Positions 34,222 to 47,996 of a stretch of DNA of 64,000 nucleotides are shown here, in pieces. The translations under genes and the position numbers were made by a program. Numbering within the stretch: the stretch's first letter is position 1; each line of letters begins with the position of its first letter. Source of the DNA: Amphiscolops sp. MND2022 (Eukaryota); NCBI GenBank assembly GCA_964187785.1, contig OZ076418.1, positions 21,762,001 to 21,826,000 of the forward strand. Direction: 5' to 3'. The notes beneath the pieces were generated by a model that was not told the DNA's origin, did no database searches, and saw only the letters and a program-made list of their open reading frames with translations.

Positions 34222-35862
34222 TCGAAAGAACAATCAAACAAACTTTTTCACTATTTTGTTGCTTTGAATATGTTGCATTTATTGACGCTGTTAAATTTTC
34301 TCATTTATATACGTGTACGTATTAGTCTGTTGAAAATTACAATCGGAAGATTGAGTTGGTATTAATCAGAATTAGAGGTGCTGTATAATAATGTAAGCAG
34401 TTGAAACGATTGACAAAGTGGCTATACAACGTAAAGGAAACGAGTTCAAGTGAACAAAACACCTATCCCGTACGCGTCACTTGAGCTCAATAATTCAACC
34501 AATCACAGCGCTTCATTGAGCAGTACCAGTTTAGCCTTTATGTGAGTGATGGCTGAGTAAGGCCAATTGACTTAAAAATGATTGTTTTTATCTGTACTTT
34601 GGTCAAATGGACGGTTCCGGTCATTTCAAGTAAATATAATGATGATGTACTAATTACGCTAGCAATTGATTGGAGCTATTATAGCTATGTCCTCAGTGCT
34701 AAAAAAACTTTTTTGTGCTGTTTGGCAGTTTAATATAATGATTTGGATTTGGTCAAATCTGGTTCCATTTTGAAGATGTTGCATCTAAAGCCATTGTGAC
34801 GAATAGGACAAGTGTTGATGTGATTTTTATACACTCATGTATTTTCATCAGCTAATAAACTCAATTTCGCTTGTGTGGCGGCACGTTCCGGCATAACTCT
34901 CTGAAGTTGGGTATGTCAAAATTCCATAGTTGGACATTAATATTTGTTGATACTCGAATGATAGTAATTCATTAGTTGTGTTGTTTGAAGTTGCGGTATA
35001 TGTTAAATACCTTTCAAAATGTTACTTGTAATATTCCCAAAGTATGTAAAATATGGGAATATGTCATGAGTACCACATTCCTATGACATGAAACTTAACT
35101 AGAAGTATGTGAAGTATGTGAATGTCATCCCCTCATGAGTATATATACTGATACTTGGCCTGAGTAGGACACAATTCATTTGAGACGCTACTAGTAAAGA
35201 TTGATTAACAAACGGCTCCGCTGTTGTTTTCCGAGTTATTTAATTTATTATTTAATTCGGAACTGTTTCAATGCCAACCACAAGAAAACAGAAGAAGGCA
35301 AGGAATTCAAGAGGACTCGAAATGTTATCTGATATCGAGAATTTAGATATCATGCTAGGCGAGAATCATTTTAACACTAGAGAAAGAGAAGGCATTTTGA
35401 ATAGTAACTTCCCCAGGAGAACTTGAAGCTTTGCAAGCAATGAATCTGAAAATGAGGACGGGAACATAGGTAGAGACCAGAGAAATATTAACTCTAGGAC
35501 AAATACCGAATGTGACCGCAATTCAGTTACTGGCAATTCTAGCGCTGAGATAAACAGGTTGTCAAGTGAATTAAACTCCCGCATTTCACGAGAAATGGAC
35601 GAGATGATGAATTCTGTAAGTGTCCAGATACAAAGGACCATAAGTGATGCAATAAGTACTCAGGTGCTTCCTCAAATCCAAAATGTTATTATGGCCTGGC
35701 CGGATCAGGACACGGGACCAGAAAAGGATGGGACGTTCCGTCCGAGAGACCGGAACTAATTTCCGAATTTCAGCGAAATCCAAACGCAAAAAAACAACTT
35801 GAGAAATAAACAGGATGAGAATCAGTTAAACAATGACTGCCATGACCTAATAGTTCATGACA
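34133..35862 (+). repeat. Gypsy-A 3' LTR (1730 bp), with a second copy of the gag N-terminus from 35271
   Basis: Direct repeat of the 5' LTR, followed by TSD GTAAG. Confidence 0.93.
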
Positions 35863-35939
35863 GTAAGTTAATGGGGCCAATTAATTGCCACTTATGAAAG
35901 GCCCTAATAGGGCCAATTATGTAGAGAGCGGGCCAATTT

Positions 35940-36520
35940 GACACGCTTTAAGACATTTCTGCGGAATCGGAGGGCCTACATGCACAGAAATGTGTCTGTA
36001 GCGATTTAGCTTGCCTATACACTGTAATGTAAGGCGAAAGGGTCCCATTAAAAGGTTTGTCGACAGACACTGCAAAATTTTTCAGATAATTTAGTCGGCG
36101 CTTTTCTTAAGAAAAGAGTCAACTATAGTCATGGCTTTTCGTCAGTGTTTTTTTTCGATACACCTGAAGTGACCAAAATAGTTCTACCAAAAATTCTACA
36201 AAATTTCAAATTGTACCTGTTGACCTAAGGAACTGAACCAAAAAGAATTTTTTCCGCGTAACCTACAATTCCGGGCTAGACGAATGGTCCCCCTTTTAGT
36301 TTTTTTCGGCATCGAGACTATTTTTTTCGAAAAATTCTCCTAAAGGGTCCCCTTCAATTTTTTGGTTTTCCGACAGAGTGGATGTTGAAAAATCGACAGT
36401 TCTTTTCAGCATTGTGAGACTTTCACCAAAGGGTCCCCAATTGACCAATACTTTGACACTTTGAAGTCCTTTTGCTATTTTTGAGCCTTAGATATGGCGC
36501 CGACTTGGGTCCCAGCTTCT
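35940..36520 (-). mobile_element. Diverged minus-strand copy of the GGGGACCC repeat family at 8840-9520
   Basis: AAAGGGTCCCC motifs and a ~65-bp reverse-complement match to 8854-8920. Confidence 0.6.
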
Positions 36521-37386
36521 TTAATGAAGGCATAACCTTAGATTTTTATCATCAATGAAGCCTATTGGGAGCATAGAGACCCCCTAAATGTTTTGTGGGA
36601 CTCACCGGAAAAATTTTACTTGAAAAAAATTTAACTGATTTTGATTTCTTTGAGGTTTTGCTATGGAAAACCGTTTCTAGATACCTATGTTTATATCATT
36701 ACTTATTTATTTGTTACTTCTTTAGTGAAAGGTGATCTTTGTTTGACCGATGAGAGATTTCTCAATAATTTTGGGAAGACTTTTTTCGACTCTGCGAATT
36801 TTTGCGAAACTTTCTACTTTTACAAGAGGTTGTTTTACGAATTTAATTCAGAAAACCTTGTTTGTGAGCCTGATAGGTCACACCCTTGGGTACTTTTGGC
36901 AAAGTGCTACTTTTTGAACAATTTATTTCAAAAGAACAGAGTTCGGTTTCTGTGATATTTTCAGTTAGGAACGACTTTTTAATCCTGAAAGTTCCCTCCT
37001 TGGAAATTTTCTAATGTAAAATTGTACGAAAATAACCCAATCCCGCTTTACCTTTTTCGATCTTGTACGACTTTCTGAAATTCACTTTCCACCGATAAGT
37101 CCACTCAAATGGAGGGAGTTCGATTCTAACCAGTATCGAACTTCTGTATTGTTTCAAATTGAAAAATAGGCCCCTCCGGGGCTCAGTACTTTTTCTGCTT
37201 TAATCTCTCATTAATAAAAGAATTATATCTGGAATACCAATACACTCCTGTTTAATCATTCTTGAGCGCAATTATGCACTGTACACAGCCTTTAATTCGT
37301 CTCGGACTAAAGAAAATATAACTACTAAGCGTAGACAAAGTTTCGCATTCGCATTTGAATGCAGGCGAAGCTCTCCGTGAACGAAT

Positions 37387-37515
37387 AATTAACACTCATT
37401 CGCTTCATCTCAATAACTCGGGGCAACGAAAGCACAATTACGAACATTCGCTCGCTTCATCTCAATGACGTCAGCATACGAATGGATAATTACCACTCGC
37501 TCGTTCCATCGCAAT
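37387..37515 (+). repeat. Imperfect ~50-bp tandem repeat, 3 copies
   Basis: AATTA...CGCTTCATCTCAAT-like unit starting near 37387, 37436 and 37488. Confidence 0.7.
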
Positions 37516-38349
37516 AGAATTGAATTGTCGTCGGCAGCTTGAGAAATTTAATTCCCACGCTTACAGTCAATGCCGAACAAAATATCTGAATTATTCAGTA
37601 TCACGACAAGAATTGTACTGAACAATAAAAAAGTAGACAGTTTGGGATTTCAATAATATTCCTGCTAAAGCAGAAATAACTAGGAAAGACCGTTTATTGA
37701 CATAAAGTATATACCGAGAAGTACGTTAATACCAACATTTTGACGCCACATTCGTATGATTTTCCCTTTTGTTAAAAACAGTATGGCATTAGACACTGAC
37801 CAGTGTTGAAATTTTGTAACTTTTCAATTGGAACAATATCATTCAGTTATCGGACACATTTAAAAAGCATATACATAGAAACGCTCAACTTTCGTTCTTT
37901 TTGACGCGATATTTGCATGGTTTAACCTTTTGCCAGCAGCAGCAGCAGTGTGGTTCAACTCTGACAAGAGTCGAACGTTTCCGTTTTATTTGAAAAATTC
38001 GAACAATATCGTTTCTAGTAACAGCACATATAGAAATAACAATTTTGCAACCTTTAACATTGCTCTTAAAATTTATTGGGTTATTCCCGGCGAGGATAAA
38101 AATACATTTGCGAACTAGTTTGACAAACACTTTTTCATTTTAAAAACACATTGTCAAACGTTTTAGGCTGAAAGAGGTCGAACTGTGCCTCTTGTTTTTA
38201 GTTCCAACTAGAACTAAGCTGGTATTTTGTGCTTTGTAGGCTAAAATGTAACTGGGGAATGCAAAAAAAAACGGAATGCACCAAAACGCCGAGAGGTAAG
38301 GCTAAGAATGGTTAATATTTTACATTAATCGTTTAACTGATGGAAATTA

Positions 38350-39392
38350 AATGCTTAACTTAACTGGTTACCTTTGGGAACAAAAATAAGTTTGAGAACA
38401 ACATCTTTACTTATTCGGCATAGGATTCCAATGCCATCTGTTTTCAGTATATATGCTTCCAAAGTCACTGAACAATCGCCAAGAGCTAGGTGGTGTTGCT
38501 GAAACTTGAAGATACTGCCTCGCCATAACTTGGAAACGTGAAAACTGGAACGCATTGGTGCGTCACCAAACAAGTGGAATTACTGTAAGATTTGTTTTGA
38601 AGGCTAGAATAGATCTGCATCTCTTGCTCAATTGTAAGATATTGGTGGCCGAAGTTGACAGGTGATCATCTTCACCCATTGGTTTGCTAAGTATGAATTT
38701 GCTGCATCACCTTGACTTTCATTTTCACCTTCTGTCCTGCCGGTCACCGGAACCTCAGTCATTGTTTGTAAGATTGTATCGTGGACGTGAGTCTTGTCAA
38801 ATGAAAAGTCCAAATTCGTCCAAATGTAATGACGTGGACACTGAAATGGTAAAATTTTTCGTCGTCCATCAGACAGAAGCGATGCATCAGGTTCTCCACA
38901 AGTGCATCTCTGGTATATATGACAGCTCCTGTTCCACCGTGAAGCAATCTTGTCGATAATTTTACAGAGCCTTGGCACACTGTATGAGGGAACGTTTTGT
39001 TTCCATTTTGTTAACTGTAGGCACAGATAGTCCAGACGCATCTCATTTCACTTGGGGAGCGCTTGCAGAACGAGGGGGGCAGATAGCAACTGCTGTGTCT
39101 GACAGCCTGTCTACATTTTCCAAATGGTCGGTAAAAGCCCCGTTCGCTCCAGGGAAAACTAATTTCGCATTGCAGATGGTGAACAGGGCCTTTTCGTTGT
39201 CAAGTTTCATGAAATGCTTCCAAATCCAGCCTTCCTTTTCGAAATCTCAAACAGCTTTGTTGTGCTCTTCTGACCTTGAATTTTCCAACAGTAGCAAAAA
39301 TGTCCACCATTTGCCGGTTAAATTGTCAAGTAATCGGTTAATGATTCTTTAACAGGTTGATTTTTCAAACCGGTTAACCGCTCCAGACCCTG
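38350..39392 (-). pseudogene. Decayed hAT DNA transposon: left end plus transposase remnant
   Basis: Minus strand begins CAGGGTCTGGAG with TAACCG sub-terminal repeats; degenerate BED finger WIWKHFMKLDNEKALFTICNAKL; WTTKNFTISVSTSLHLDEF resembles the first catalytic strand. Confidence 0.6.
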
Positions 39393-40303
39393 CGAGAAGC
39401 TGATTAACTCACAGGGTATATGAAGGGGGGCATAAACGAAACTTTTTCACTTCCGTGTAAGCCTAAAATTTCCCTGAAATTGTTAAAGCAATAGTTCAAG
39501 AAAGTTACCATTTGTTAAAATTGTGAAACAGATATGTGTGGGAGCAAATTCAACTCATGGCCCTTTTTGTTTACAAATTGAACTATTCGCATTTCGCTTC
39601 CTGTTTTTAATCAAAGGCTTTTTTATCATTCGGATAAAAGGTCAATATTTAGTATATAGCGCAAATTTCATTTTTTTTTACTTTTTGCAGGCAACTCATC
39701 GGGAAGCGAGGGTTAATTCAAGTCTGAGTTGAATTTTGTAGTTCTTTCTATAGACAATGTAATGTATTGTGATATATTCATATACTCAAAACGTATAAAC
39801 TTCGGTTTTTGGAAATTCATGGTAATTTTTATTGTTGCTGGATTTTTTCTACAAAATTTCAACTGTTTTGACTGCTATAACTGATTATTATCTTGGCCAT
39901 TTGCAACGTTGTTTGATTGTAACCTGAAGACCTACAATGTTTTTCGACAAAAATTCACAATTTTCTTCCAAGAAATTTCTGGTGTAAATTTGTACAATCT
40001 ATCTTTTAGCGTTTGATATCCTTCGTTGCTGAGACAAACAAGACGTTTCAAGCCGGCGCATCGCTCAATGTTAAAACAGGCTTTTCCATAAACAAAATAG
40101 TTGTCTTCGTGAAATTCTTTAGAATCAAACAGTAAAAAGAATCAACCAAATGGAGGTCCTTCAGGTTTTAAAGGGTTTTCTAAAATTTTCCAAAATTTTT
40201 CAAGTTAGAGGTCACCTTCAGTGAAAAAAACTTTCAAGTCACAGTACCAAGAAATGTAAAGGGAGCCTTCGGTACCGTGTAGATTTGTGGATTAGGTTCC
40301 ATT

Positions 40304-40697
40304 CAGTGCAGTTTTTGTACACGATATACGAAAAATTACACAGAATCCACAATTTGTTTTACGAATTACATGTTATACGAAGATGCCATTATTATACGAG
40401 TTATACGGAAAATCGCTTTTCAGCCATTTTGCGTCTATTTTTCCGTAACAGACTAAAGTTTTTGGAAATGAAATTTTTGTTGAATTTCAAATGAAATGCA
40501 TCCCAAAATGATATTATGCTATACGGGATTTGGAAAGGGGGCTATTGCCATTCCCTTTTTTGAAGCATTTATCACTTTCCGATAAAAAAAAATGATCCAA
40601 AGAATTGAGCTCCATGCTTTTATACGATACAAAAGGCCAATTATACGAATATACGGTATACGAAACCTTCAATTATACGATTACACGACAATACTGA
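40304..40697. mobile_element. Short non-autonomous element with ~10 TATACG motifs and CAG...CTG ends
   Basis: TATACG recurs from ~40324 to ~40680; right end ...CAATACTG; left/right TIR match is only partial. Confidence 0.45.
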
Positions 40698-41641
40698 TTC
40701 AGTGTAAGGATTGCCATCAAGCCACTGTAACAATCTGACACATTTTCAAGATCACGGTACATTTTGGCGGTTTTCAGTGTGAAACTTTTGATGCACTGAT
40801 AAAGTAATATTTTCTTGTCCCACGGTACACAGAATGCCGGTGCTCCTAAAACTTACATTGTCTTCTCGAAACGACACTCGTGTAAACTGTTTTCACAATT
40901 ACATGAATGCTAGACCTTGAACCAATGTGCTTGCCAGGATTCGGAGCTCCCATCCCCTTTCATTCGAACTCTCGTTAGATCTCGATTTTACGCCATGAAT
41001 TGATTCTGGAACTGACGGGAAAATTAACTGACAATAAAAACATGATTGTCAAGGATCTGATTCGCAATGTAATCAATTATATCTATAATAATTTTCTACA
41101 TAAAGTTTAATCAGTATTGAAAACAAAATTTACAAGTGCAATTAACAGCCATGAGGGCAAAAATATTTTATGAACGAATTGACAGCAGGGTAATTAAACA
41201 TATGCTCAGTTTGCAAGTCCAAGATTTATTGTAATTGCTCGAAACTTCCGGAGTTAGGGAAAAACTGCGCACGAATACAGTAACACCTCTGCTCAAATGG
41301 TCAGCCTTGTTAAATTTCTTGACCCCAAATTTTTCAACTCCAACAAATGTGACTTCAAACACCAACTAGATAACAAAAGTTACAGACACCATTAAAGTGA
41401 ACACCCAAATATCATTTTAACACTTCCCAGCACCAAAACAAATAACTTCAAGTTTTTAAGGATAAATTTAATGGAAAACCGTAATCTAGAATCACATATC
41501 ATTTCATCAGTTTTGGTATGTTCGCAATTACATCAGTTCATTCCAACAATTCTGTACCATCGAAGGATCGTATTTAATTTCCGTGACATTTGAATCGGAA
41601 ATACAGATAACATGAAACAATGACGTCAAAACCCGAGTTTT

Positions 41642-41898
41642 TCAACTATTGGCTACGACAGTTGCAGGCAACTCGGAATCATTGGCGTCCAATAGAGTGA
41701 GACTTTCTAACTGTTCGTCATCCGAGTGATCAGAAAGATGCTGCACGAAAGAGTCGGGAGTGATACAGTCGCCACTGTCACGAACCGGAGAACTTGGGCG
41801 CAAAAAACGCTCAGAGTTGTCTTCGCTGGGGTCGAAAGCAGCGTTGGTTCCTGCAGCAGACAGTTTAGAAGTCATGAGGCTATTGTCATTCGGACTAC
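41642..41898 (-). CDS. Putative last coding exon of the minus-strand host gene
   Basis: Acceptor CTTAAT...TCTGTGCTCTGGTGTTTCAG; phase-1 start matches exon 60805-60606; open frame SPNDNSLMTSK...VVANS to TGA; AATAAA ~410 nt downstream (41230-41225). Confidence 0.6.
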
Positions 41899-44800
41899 CT
41901 GAAACACCAGAGCACAGAAATTAAGCAGAGAATGATCCTAATTGAATTGTAGCGACATCCGATACAGATATATACTTTTTCTATTAAATTGATCGAAATT
42001 ATCGAGAAGTATCGAAATGTGACAACCAGCTTACACACGCATGAAATATTATTGATAAGGTCACATTTCGATACTTTGATGAGATAATGTATTTTTGCGT
42101 TTTCTAGTTTCTCAACTGAATGTTTTGCATTCATGAGCATCCCATTCAGCCCGTTCCTTTCTCTGTTGATACATCATTTGTTTCAGATCGAATCCGATTG
42201 CCCTCAACGTCAGCATTTCCGGTAACAAGTGTTCCTCCGGAAATGGTTACCTCATTAGTCTTACTGATTTTTTGTATTTTGCGTTTTCTAGTTTCTTCAC
42301 TGCCTGCAATCTTTTTCACGGCCGCTCTTCCTCCATGAGGAACGAAATTGAAAGTGTAAGTTACTTTAGAAGGGGAAATTGAATTAACGTCGAGGCTCCA
42401 TTTGTTTTGTTTTGAAGGATTCCGACACAACGTCAGCCCCGAAGAAACGAAAAGTTCATTTCGAAAATGTGAACGACTTAGCAGACCTTGAAGAAGAACT
42501 AAAACAATTAGCCGATGATATGGTCGAAGTATATCGATATTTCAAAAACTGAAATCTGCAGTCTTCTTTTTGCTTGAAACAGGTTATTTTAGGACTGACT
42601 CAAACTTAAAGGCAAGGCTGAAAAGTTCTTGTTGATGAAACGAGCAAAGAGGAGCGATAACAACCGCCAACTGAGTACACAGGCAGTGACACTTGCTGCA
42701 GTCCTCTTCCTCTTCGAACTGCGGGATCAAAAGAAAAACATTTCCCAAACTTTCGACAAATTTCTTCGTGAACGCGGAGATGAGTACTGGTCATTCCGAG
42801 ACCAAATAAAATACTTGCGAAAATGGGTTAAATCTGGATACCTTGATTTTGATACTGATTTTCCTTCTTTTGTTGCATTTGATGCCTTTGTTGATTTCAA
42901 CAAATGTTGCTAGTTGTGTGTGATTTATTACTATTACATGTTTATTGTGTGTGATATATTTGATCGCAATTCCATTGAATATGAGCACAGCTCACGTGGT
43001 GTGAAATTGAGCCTCCACAACCACTAGAAAATATTGCGGAACCTCAAAAGCTCCGTTAAAACGGTGCTGTAGGACGACTTTTCTCAAGTATTATTTTGTC
43101 AAAATGCCGGAAACGTTTGGGAGAGTAGTAGCGAAATGTGACATAACCAGCTTACATACGAACAAAATGTTAATATAATGTCACATTCCGATACTTCGAT
43201 AAGTTAATGTATTTTTGCGTTTTCTAGTTTCTCAACTGAATGTTTCGCTTTCATAAGCTTTCCATGTACACCGTTGCTTTCTCTGTTGACATATCATTTG
43301 TTTCAGATCGAAGCAAAGTGCCCCTCAACGTCGGCATTTCTGTCAACAAGTGTTCCTCCGAAAATGGTAACCTCGTCAGTCTTACTGGTTTTTGTATTTT
43401 GCGTTTTCTAGTTTCTTCACTGAATCTTTTTCAGGGCCGCTCTTCCTCCATGAGGAACGAAACTGAAAGTTTAAGTTACTTTAGAAGGGGAAATTGAATT
43501 AACGTCGAGGCTTCATTTGTTATGTTGTTTTGAAGGATTCCGACACAACGTCAGCCCCGAAGTAACGAAAAGTTCATTCCGAAAATTTGAACGACTTAGC
43601 AGACCTTGAAGAACTAAAACAATTAGCCGATGATATGGTCGAAGTATATCGATATTTCAAAAACTGCAATCTGCAGTCTTTTTTTGGCTTGAAACAGGAC
43701 TTTTTAGGACTGACTCAAACTTGAAGGCAAGGCTGAAAAGTTCCTGTTGATGAAACGAGCAACGAGGAGCAAAAAACCGCCAATTGAGTACACAATTGCT
43801 GCAATACTCTTCCTCTTCGAACTGCGGAATCACAAAAACCATTACCCAAACTCACGACAAATTTCTTTGTAAACGCGGAAATGAGTACTGGTCATTCCGA
43901 GACCAAATGAAACACTTGCGAAAATGGGTTAAATCTGGATACCTTGATTTTTCATACTGATTTTCCTTCTTTTGTTGCATTTGATGCTTTTGTTGATTTT
44001 AACAAGTGTTGCTAGTTGTGTGTGATTTATTACTATCACATTTGTTTGTGTGTGATGTATTTGATCACATTTCCATTAAATATTATGAGAGCAGCTCACG
44101 TGGTGACGTGGTGTGATATTGAGCCTCCACAACCAATAGAAAAATTTGCGGAACCTCAAAAGCTCCGTTAAAACGGTGCTGTAGGACGACTTTTTTCAAG
44201 TATTAACTTCCCAAAATGCCGGAAACGTTTGGGAGAGTAGTAGCGAAAACTGACATAACCAGCGTACATACGAACAAAATGTTAATATAATGTCACATTC
44301 CGATACTTCGATAAGATAATGTATTTTTGCGTTTTCTAGTTTCTCAACTGAATGTTTCGCTTTCATAAGCTTTCCATGTACACCGTTGCTTTCTCTGTTG
44401 ACATATAATTTGTTTCAGATCGAAGCAAAGTGCCCCTCAACGTCGGCATTTCCGTCAACAAGTGTTCCTCCGAAAATGGTAACCTCGTCAGTCTTACTGG
44501 TTTTTGTATTTTGCGTTTTCTAGTTTCTTCACTGAATCTTTTTCAGGGCCGCTCTTCCTCCATGAGGAACGAAACTGAAAGTAAGTTACTTTAGAAGGGG
44601 AAATTGAATTAACGTCCAGGCTTCATTTGTTATGTTGTTTTGAAGGATTCCGACACAACGTCAGCCCCGAAGTAACGAAAAGTTCATTCCGAAAATTTGA
44701 ACGACTTAGCAGACCTTGAAGAACTAAAACAATTAGCCGATGATATGGTCGAAGTATATCGATATTTCAAAAACTGCAATCTGCAGTCTTTTTTTTTGGC

Positions 44801-45624
44801 TTGAAACAGGACTTTTTAGGACTGACTCAAACTTAAAGGCAAGGCTGAAAAGTTCCTGTTGATGAAACGAGCAACGAGGAGCAAAAAACCGCCAATTGAG
44901 TACACAATTGCTGCAATACTCTTCCTCTTCGAACTGCGGAATCACAAAAACCATTTCCCAAACTCACGACAAATTTCTTTGTAAACGCGGAAATGAGTAC
45001 TGGTCATTCCGAGACCAAATGAAACACTTGCGAAAATGGGTTAAATCTGGATACCTTGATTTTTCATACTGATTTTCCTTCTTTTGTTGCATTTGATGCT
45101 TTTGTTGATTTTAACAAGTGTTGCTAGTTGTGTGTGATTTATTACTATCACATTTGTTTGTGTGTGATGTATTTGATCACATTTCCATTAAATATTATGA
45201 GAGCAGCTCACGTGGTGACGTGGTGTGATATTGAGCCTCCACAACCAATAGAAAAATTTGCGGAACCTCAAAAGCTCCGTTAAAACGGTGCTGTAGGACG
45301 ACTTTTTTCAAGTATTAACTTCCCAAAATGCCGGAAACGTTTGGGAGAGTAGTAGCGAAAACTGACATAACCAGCGTACATACGAACAAAATGTTAAAAT
45401 AATGTCACATTCCGATACTTCGATGAGAGAATGTATTTTTGCATTTTCTAGTTTCTCAACTGAATGTTTCGCATTCATAAGCTTTCCATTTACCCCGTTG
45501 CTTTCTCTGTTGACATATCATTTGTTTCAGATCGAAGCAAAGTGCCCCTCAAGGTCGGCATTTCCGGCAACAAGTGTTACTCCGAAAATGGTAACCTCGT
45601 CAGTCTTACTGATTTTTTGTATTT

Positions 45625-46285
45625 ACAAAACAGTAATTCAGCCACAAATAATGTACGCCGCACCAATCTGGAGACATAAAAAAATATCCGATCTCAATAA
45701 GTTTCAGAACAACATAATTCGATTGATATTTAGACATTGTCTATCACCTCCTATTGCTGCTAGCGAGGTCCTGCTAGGAATCCCTCCTCTGGACTTGTAC
45801 GGCGACTCGCTCGACATCAAATTTCTGATCAAAGTTACCTTACAATCTGACCTTGTCTCATCAGCTCATGCTGAAGCACTCCGAGTTAAAAGCACAGCGC
45901 ATAATCTTCAATGCTCACTGAATAGATAAATACTTTAACATTAATAATGATGCTTGTTTTTACAATAATGAAATGGTAGCTGAATTTATAAACATTGTGG
46001 AATCAACGTTGGCGTTGTCCTACGAATACCTGCTTCTTGAAACATTTTCTTGTACAACTCTCTGGCTCTACATTCAGTCCCTTGGTGAACGGCCACCCTG
46101 GGAAACAAATAAGATATGCCAACTTCTCTTCGGCAAATTTCTAAGATATAATGAACTTTCGTGGAAAATGTATAAACGAGCATCACCTATTAGCTCCTGT
46201 GGATTATCTGAAGAAAATGCTTACCACTGCATGACAACTGCAGACCCTTTAGGCTGCAAACTCTGAACCTTATGAGGACCGAAGA
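45625..46285 (+). mobile_element. Truncated LINE fragment (RT C-terminus to zinc-knuckle region) inside array unit 4
   Basis: YKTVIQPQIMYAAPIW...FQNNIIRLIF...LLGIPPLDL, then SCGLSEENAYHC; replaces the middle of the normal unit. Confidence 0.8.
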
Positions 46286-46850
46286 TTTTTGATACTGATT
46301 TTCCTTCTCTTGTTGCATTTGAAGCTCTGGTTGATTTTACCAAATTTTGCTAGTTGTGTGTGATTCATTACTATCACATTTGTTTGTGTGTGATGTATTT
46401 GATCACATTTCCATTAAATATTATGAGAGCAGCTCACGTGGTGACGTGGTGTGATATTGAGCCTCCAGAACCAATAGAAAAATTTGCGGAACCTCAAAAG
46501 CTCCGTTAAAACGGTGCTGTAGGACGACTTTTTTCAAGTATTAACTTCCCAAAATGCCGGAAACGTTTGGGAGAGTAGTAGCGAAATGTGACATAACCAG
46601 CTTACATACGAACAAAATGTTAATATAATGTCACATTCCGATACTTCGATAAGTTAATGTATTTTTGCGTTTTCTAGTTTCTCAACTGAATGTTTCGCAT
46701 TCATAAGCTTTCCATTTACCCCGTTGCTTTCTCTGTTGACATATCATTTGTTTCAGATCGAAGCAAAGTGCCCCTCAAGGTCGGCATTTCCGGCAACAAG
46801 TGTTACTCCGAAAATGGTAACCTCGTCAGTCTTACTGATTTTTTGTATTT

Positions 46851-47511
46851 ACAAAACAGTAATTCAGCCACAAATAATGTACGCCGCACCAATCTGGAGA
46901 CATAAAAAAATATCCGATCTCAATAAGTTTCAGAACAACATAATTCGATTGATATTTAGACATTGTCTATCACCTCCTATTGCTGCTAGCGAGGTCCTGC
47001 TAGGAATCCCTCCTCTGGACTTGTACGGCGACTCGCTCGACATCAAATTTCTGATCAAAGTTACCTTACAATCTGACCTTGTCTCATCAGCTCATGCTGA
47101 AGCACTCCGAGTTAAAAGCACAGCGCATAATCTTCAATGCTCACTGAATAGATAAATACTTTAACATTAATAATGATGCTTGTTTTTACAATAATGAAAT
47201 GGTAGCTGAATTTATAAACATTGTGGAATCAACGTTGGCGTTGTCCTACGAATACCTGCTTCTTGAAACATTTTCTTGTACAACTCTCTGGCTCTACATT
47301 CAGTCCCTTGGTGAACGGCCACCCTGGGAAACAAATAAGATATGCCAACTTCTCTTCGGCAAATTTCTAAGATATAATGAACTTTCGTGGAAAATGTATA
47401 AACGAGCATCACCTATTAGCTCCTGTGGATTATCTGAAGAAAATGCTTACCACTGCATGACAACTGCAGACCCTTTAGGCTGCAAACTCTGAACCTTATG
47501 AGGACCGAAGA
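46851..47511 (+). mobile_element. Duplicate of the LINE fragment inside array unit 5
   Basis: ORFs 45973 and 47199 are identical, offset 1226 bp. Confidence 0.8.
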
Positions 47512-47996
47512 TTTTTGATACTGATTTTCCTTCTCTTGTTGCATTTGAAGCTCTGGTTGATTTTACCAAATTTTGCTAGTTGTGTGTGATTCATTACTAT
47601 CACATTTGTTTGCTTAAAACAGGACATTTTACGACTGACTCAAACTTAAAGGCAAGGCTGAAAAGTTCCTGTTCATGAATCGAGCAAAGAAGAGCAGAAA
47701 AATCCGCCAACACAGTACACAGGCAGTAACACTTGCTGCAATACTCTTCCTCTTCGAACTGCGGAATCAAAAAACATTTCCCAAACTTTCGACAAATTTC
47801 TTCGTAAACGTGGAGATGAGTACTGGTCATTCCGAGACCAAACAAAACACTTGCGAAAATGGGTTGAATCTGGATACCTTAATTTTTGATAATGATTTTC
47901 CTTCTGTTGCATTTGATGCTTTTAACAATTGTTGCTAGTTGTGTGATATTTTACTATCACATTCGTTTATTGTGTGTGATTTATTTACTATCACAG

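Larger units (their letters stand above)
19878..35862 (+). mobile_element. 16-kb Ty3/Gypsy LTR retrotransposon (Gypsy-A) with about 6 kb of extra internal cargo
   Basis: LTRs 19878-21615 and 34133-35862 (TGTC...GACA), TSD GTAAG (19873-19877 and 35863-35867), PBS at 21616, gag-PR-RT-RH-IN order. Confidence 0.95.
42010..47990 (+). repeat. Head-to-tail array of ~5.4 units (1112-1226 bp) carrying a decayed, spliced plus-strand gene
   Basis: Unit marker (A)CA(T)AACCAGC at 42022, 43141, 44253, 45365, 46591; GTAAGT...TTTTGAAG intron at 42356-42417; peptide MRNEIES|DSDTTSAPKKRKVHFENV... Confidence 0.9.

Noticed and set aside
34222-34365. Hydrophobic C-terminus of ORF 33643 as an env-like transmembrane segment
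   Set aside because: It lies past the position that is TAG in the 5' LTR and is AT-rich; best explained as read-through into non-coding LTR.
42146-42988. Minus-strand ORFs in the 1.1-kb units (e.g. IPQFEEEEYCSKC)
   Set aside because: Splice signals and the more coherent peptide are on the plus strand; treated as shadow frames.
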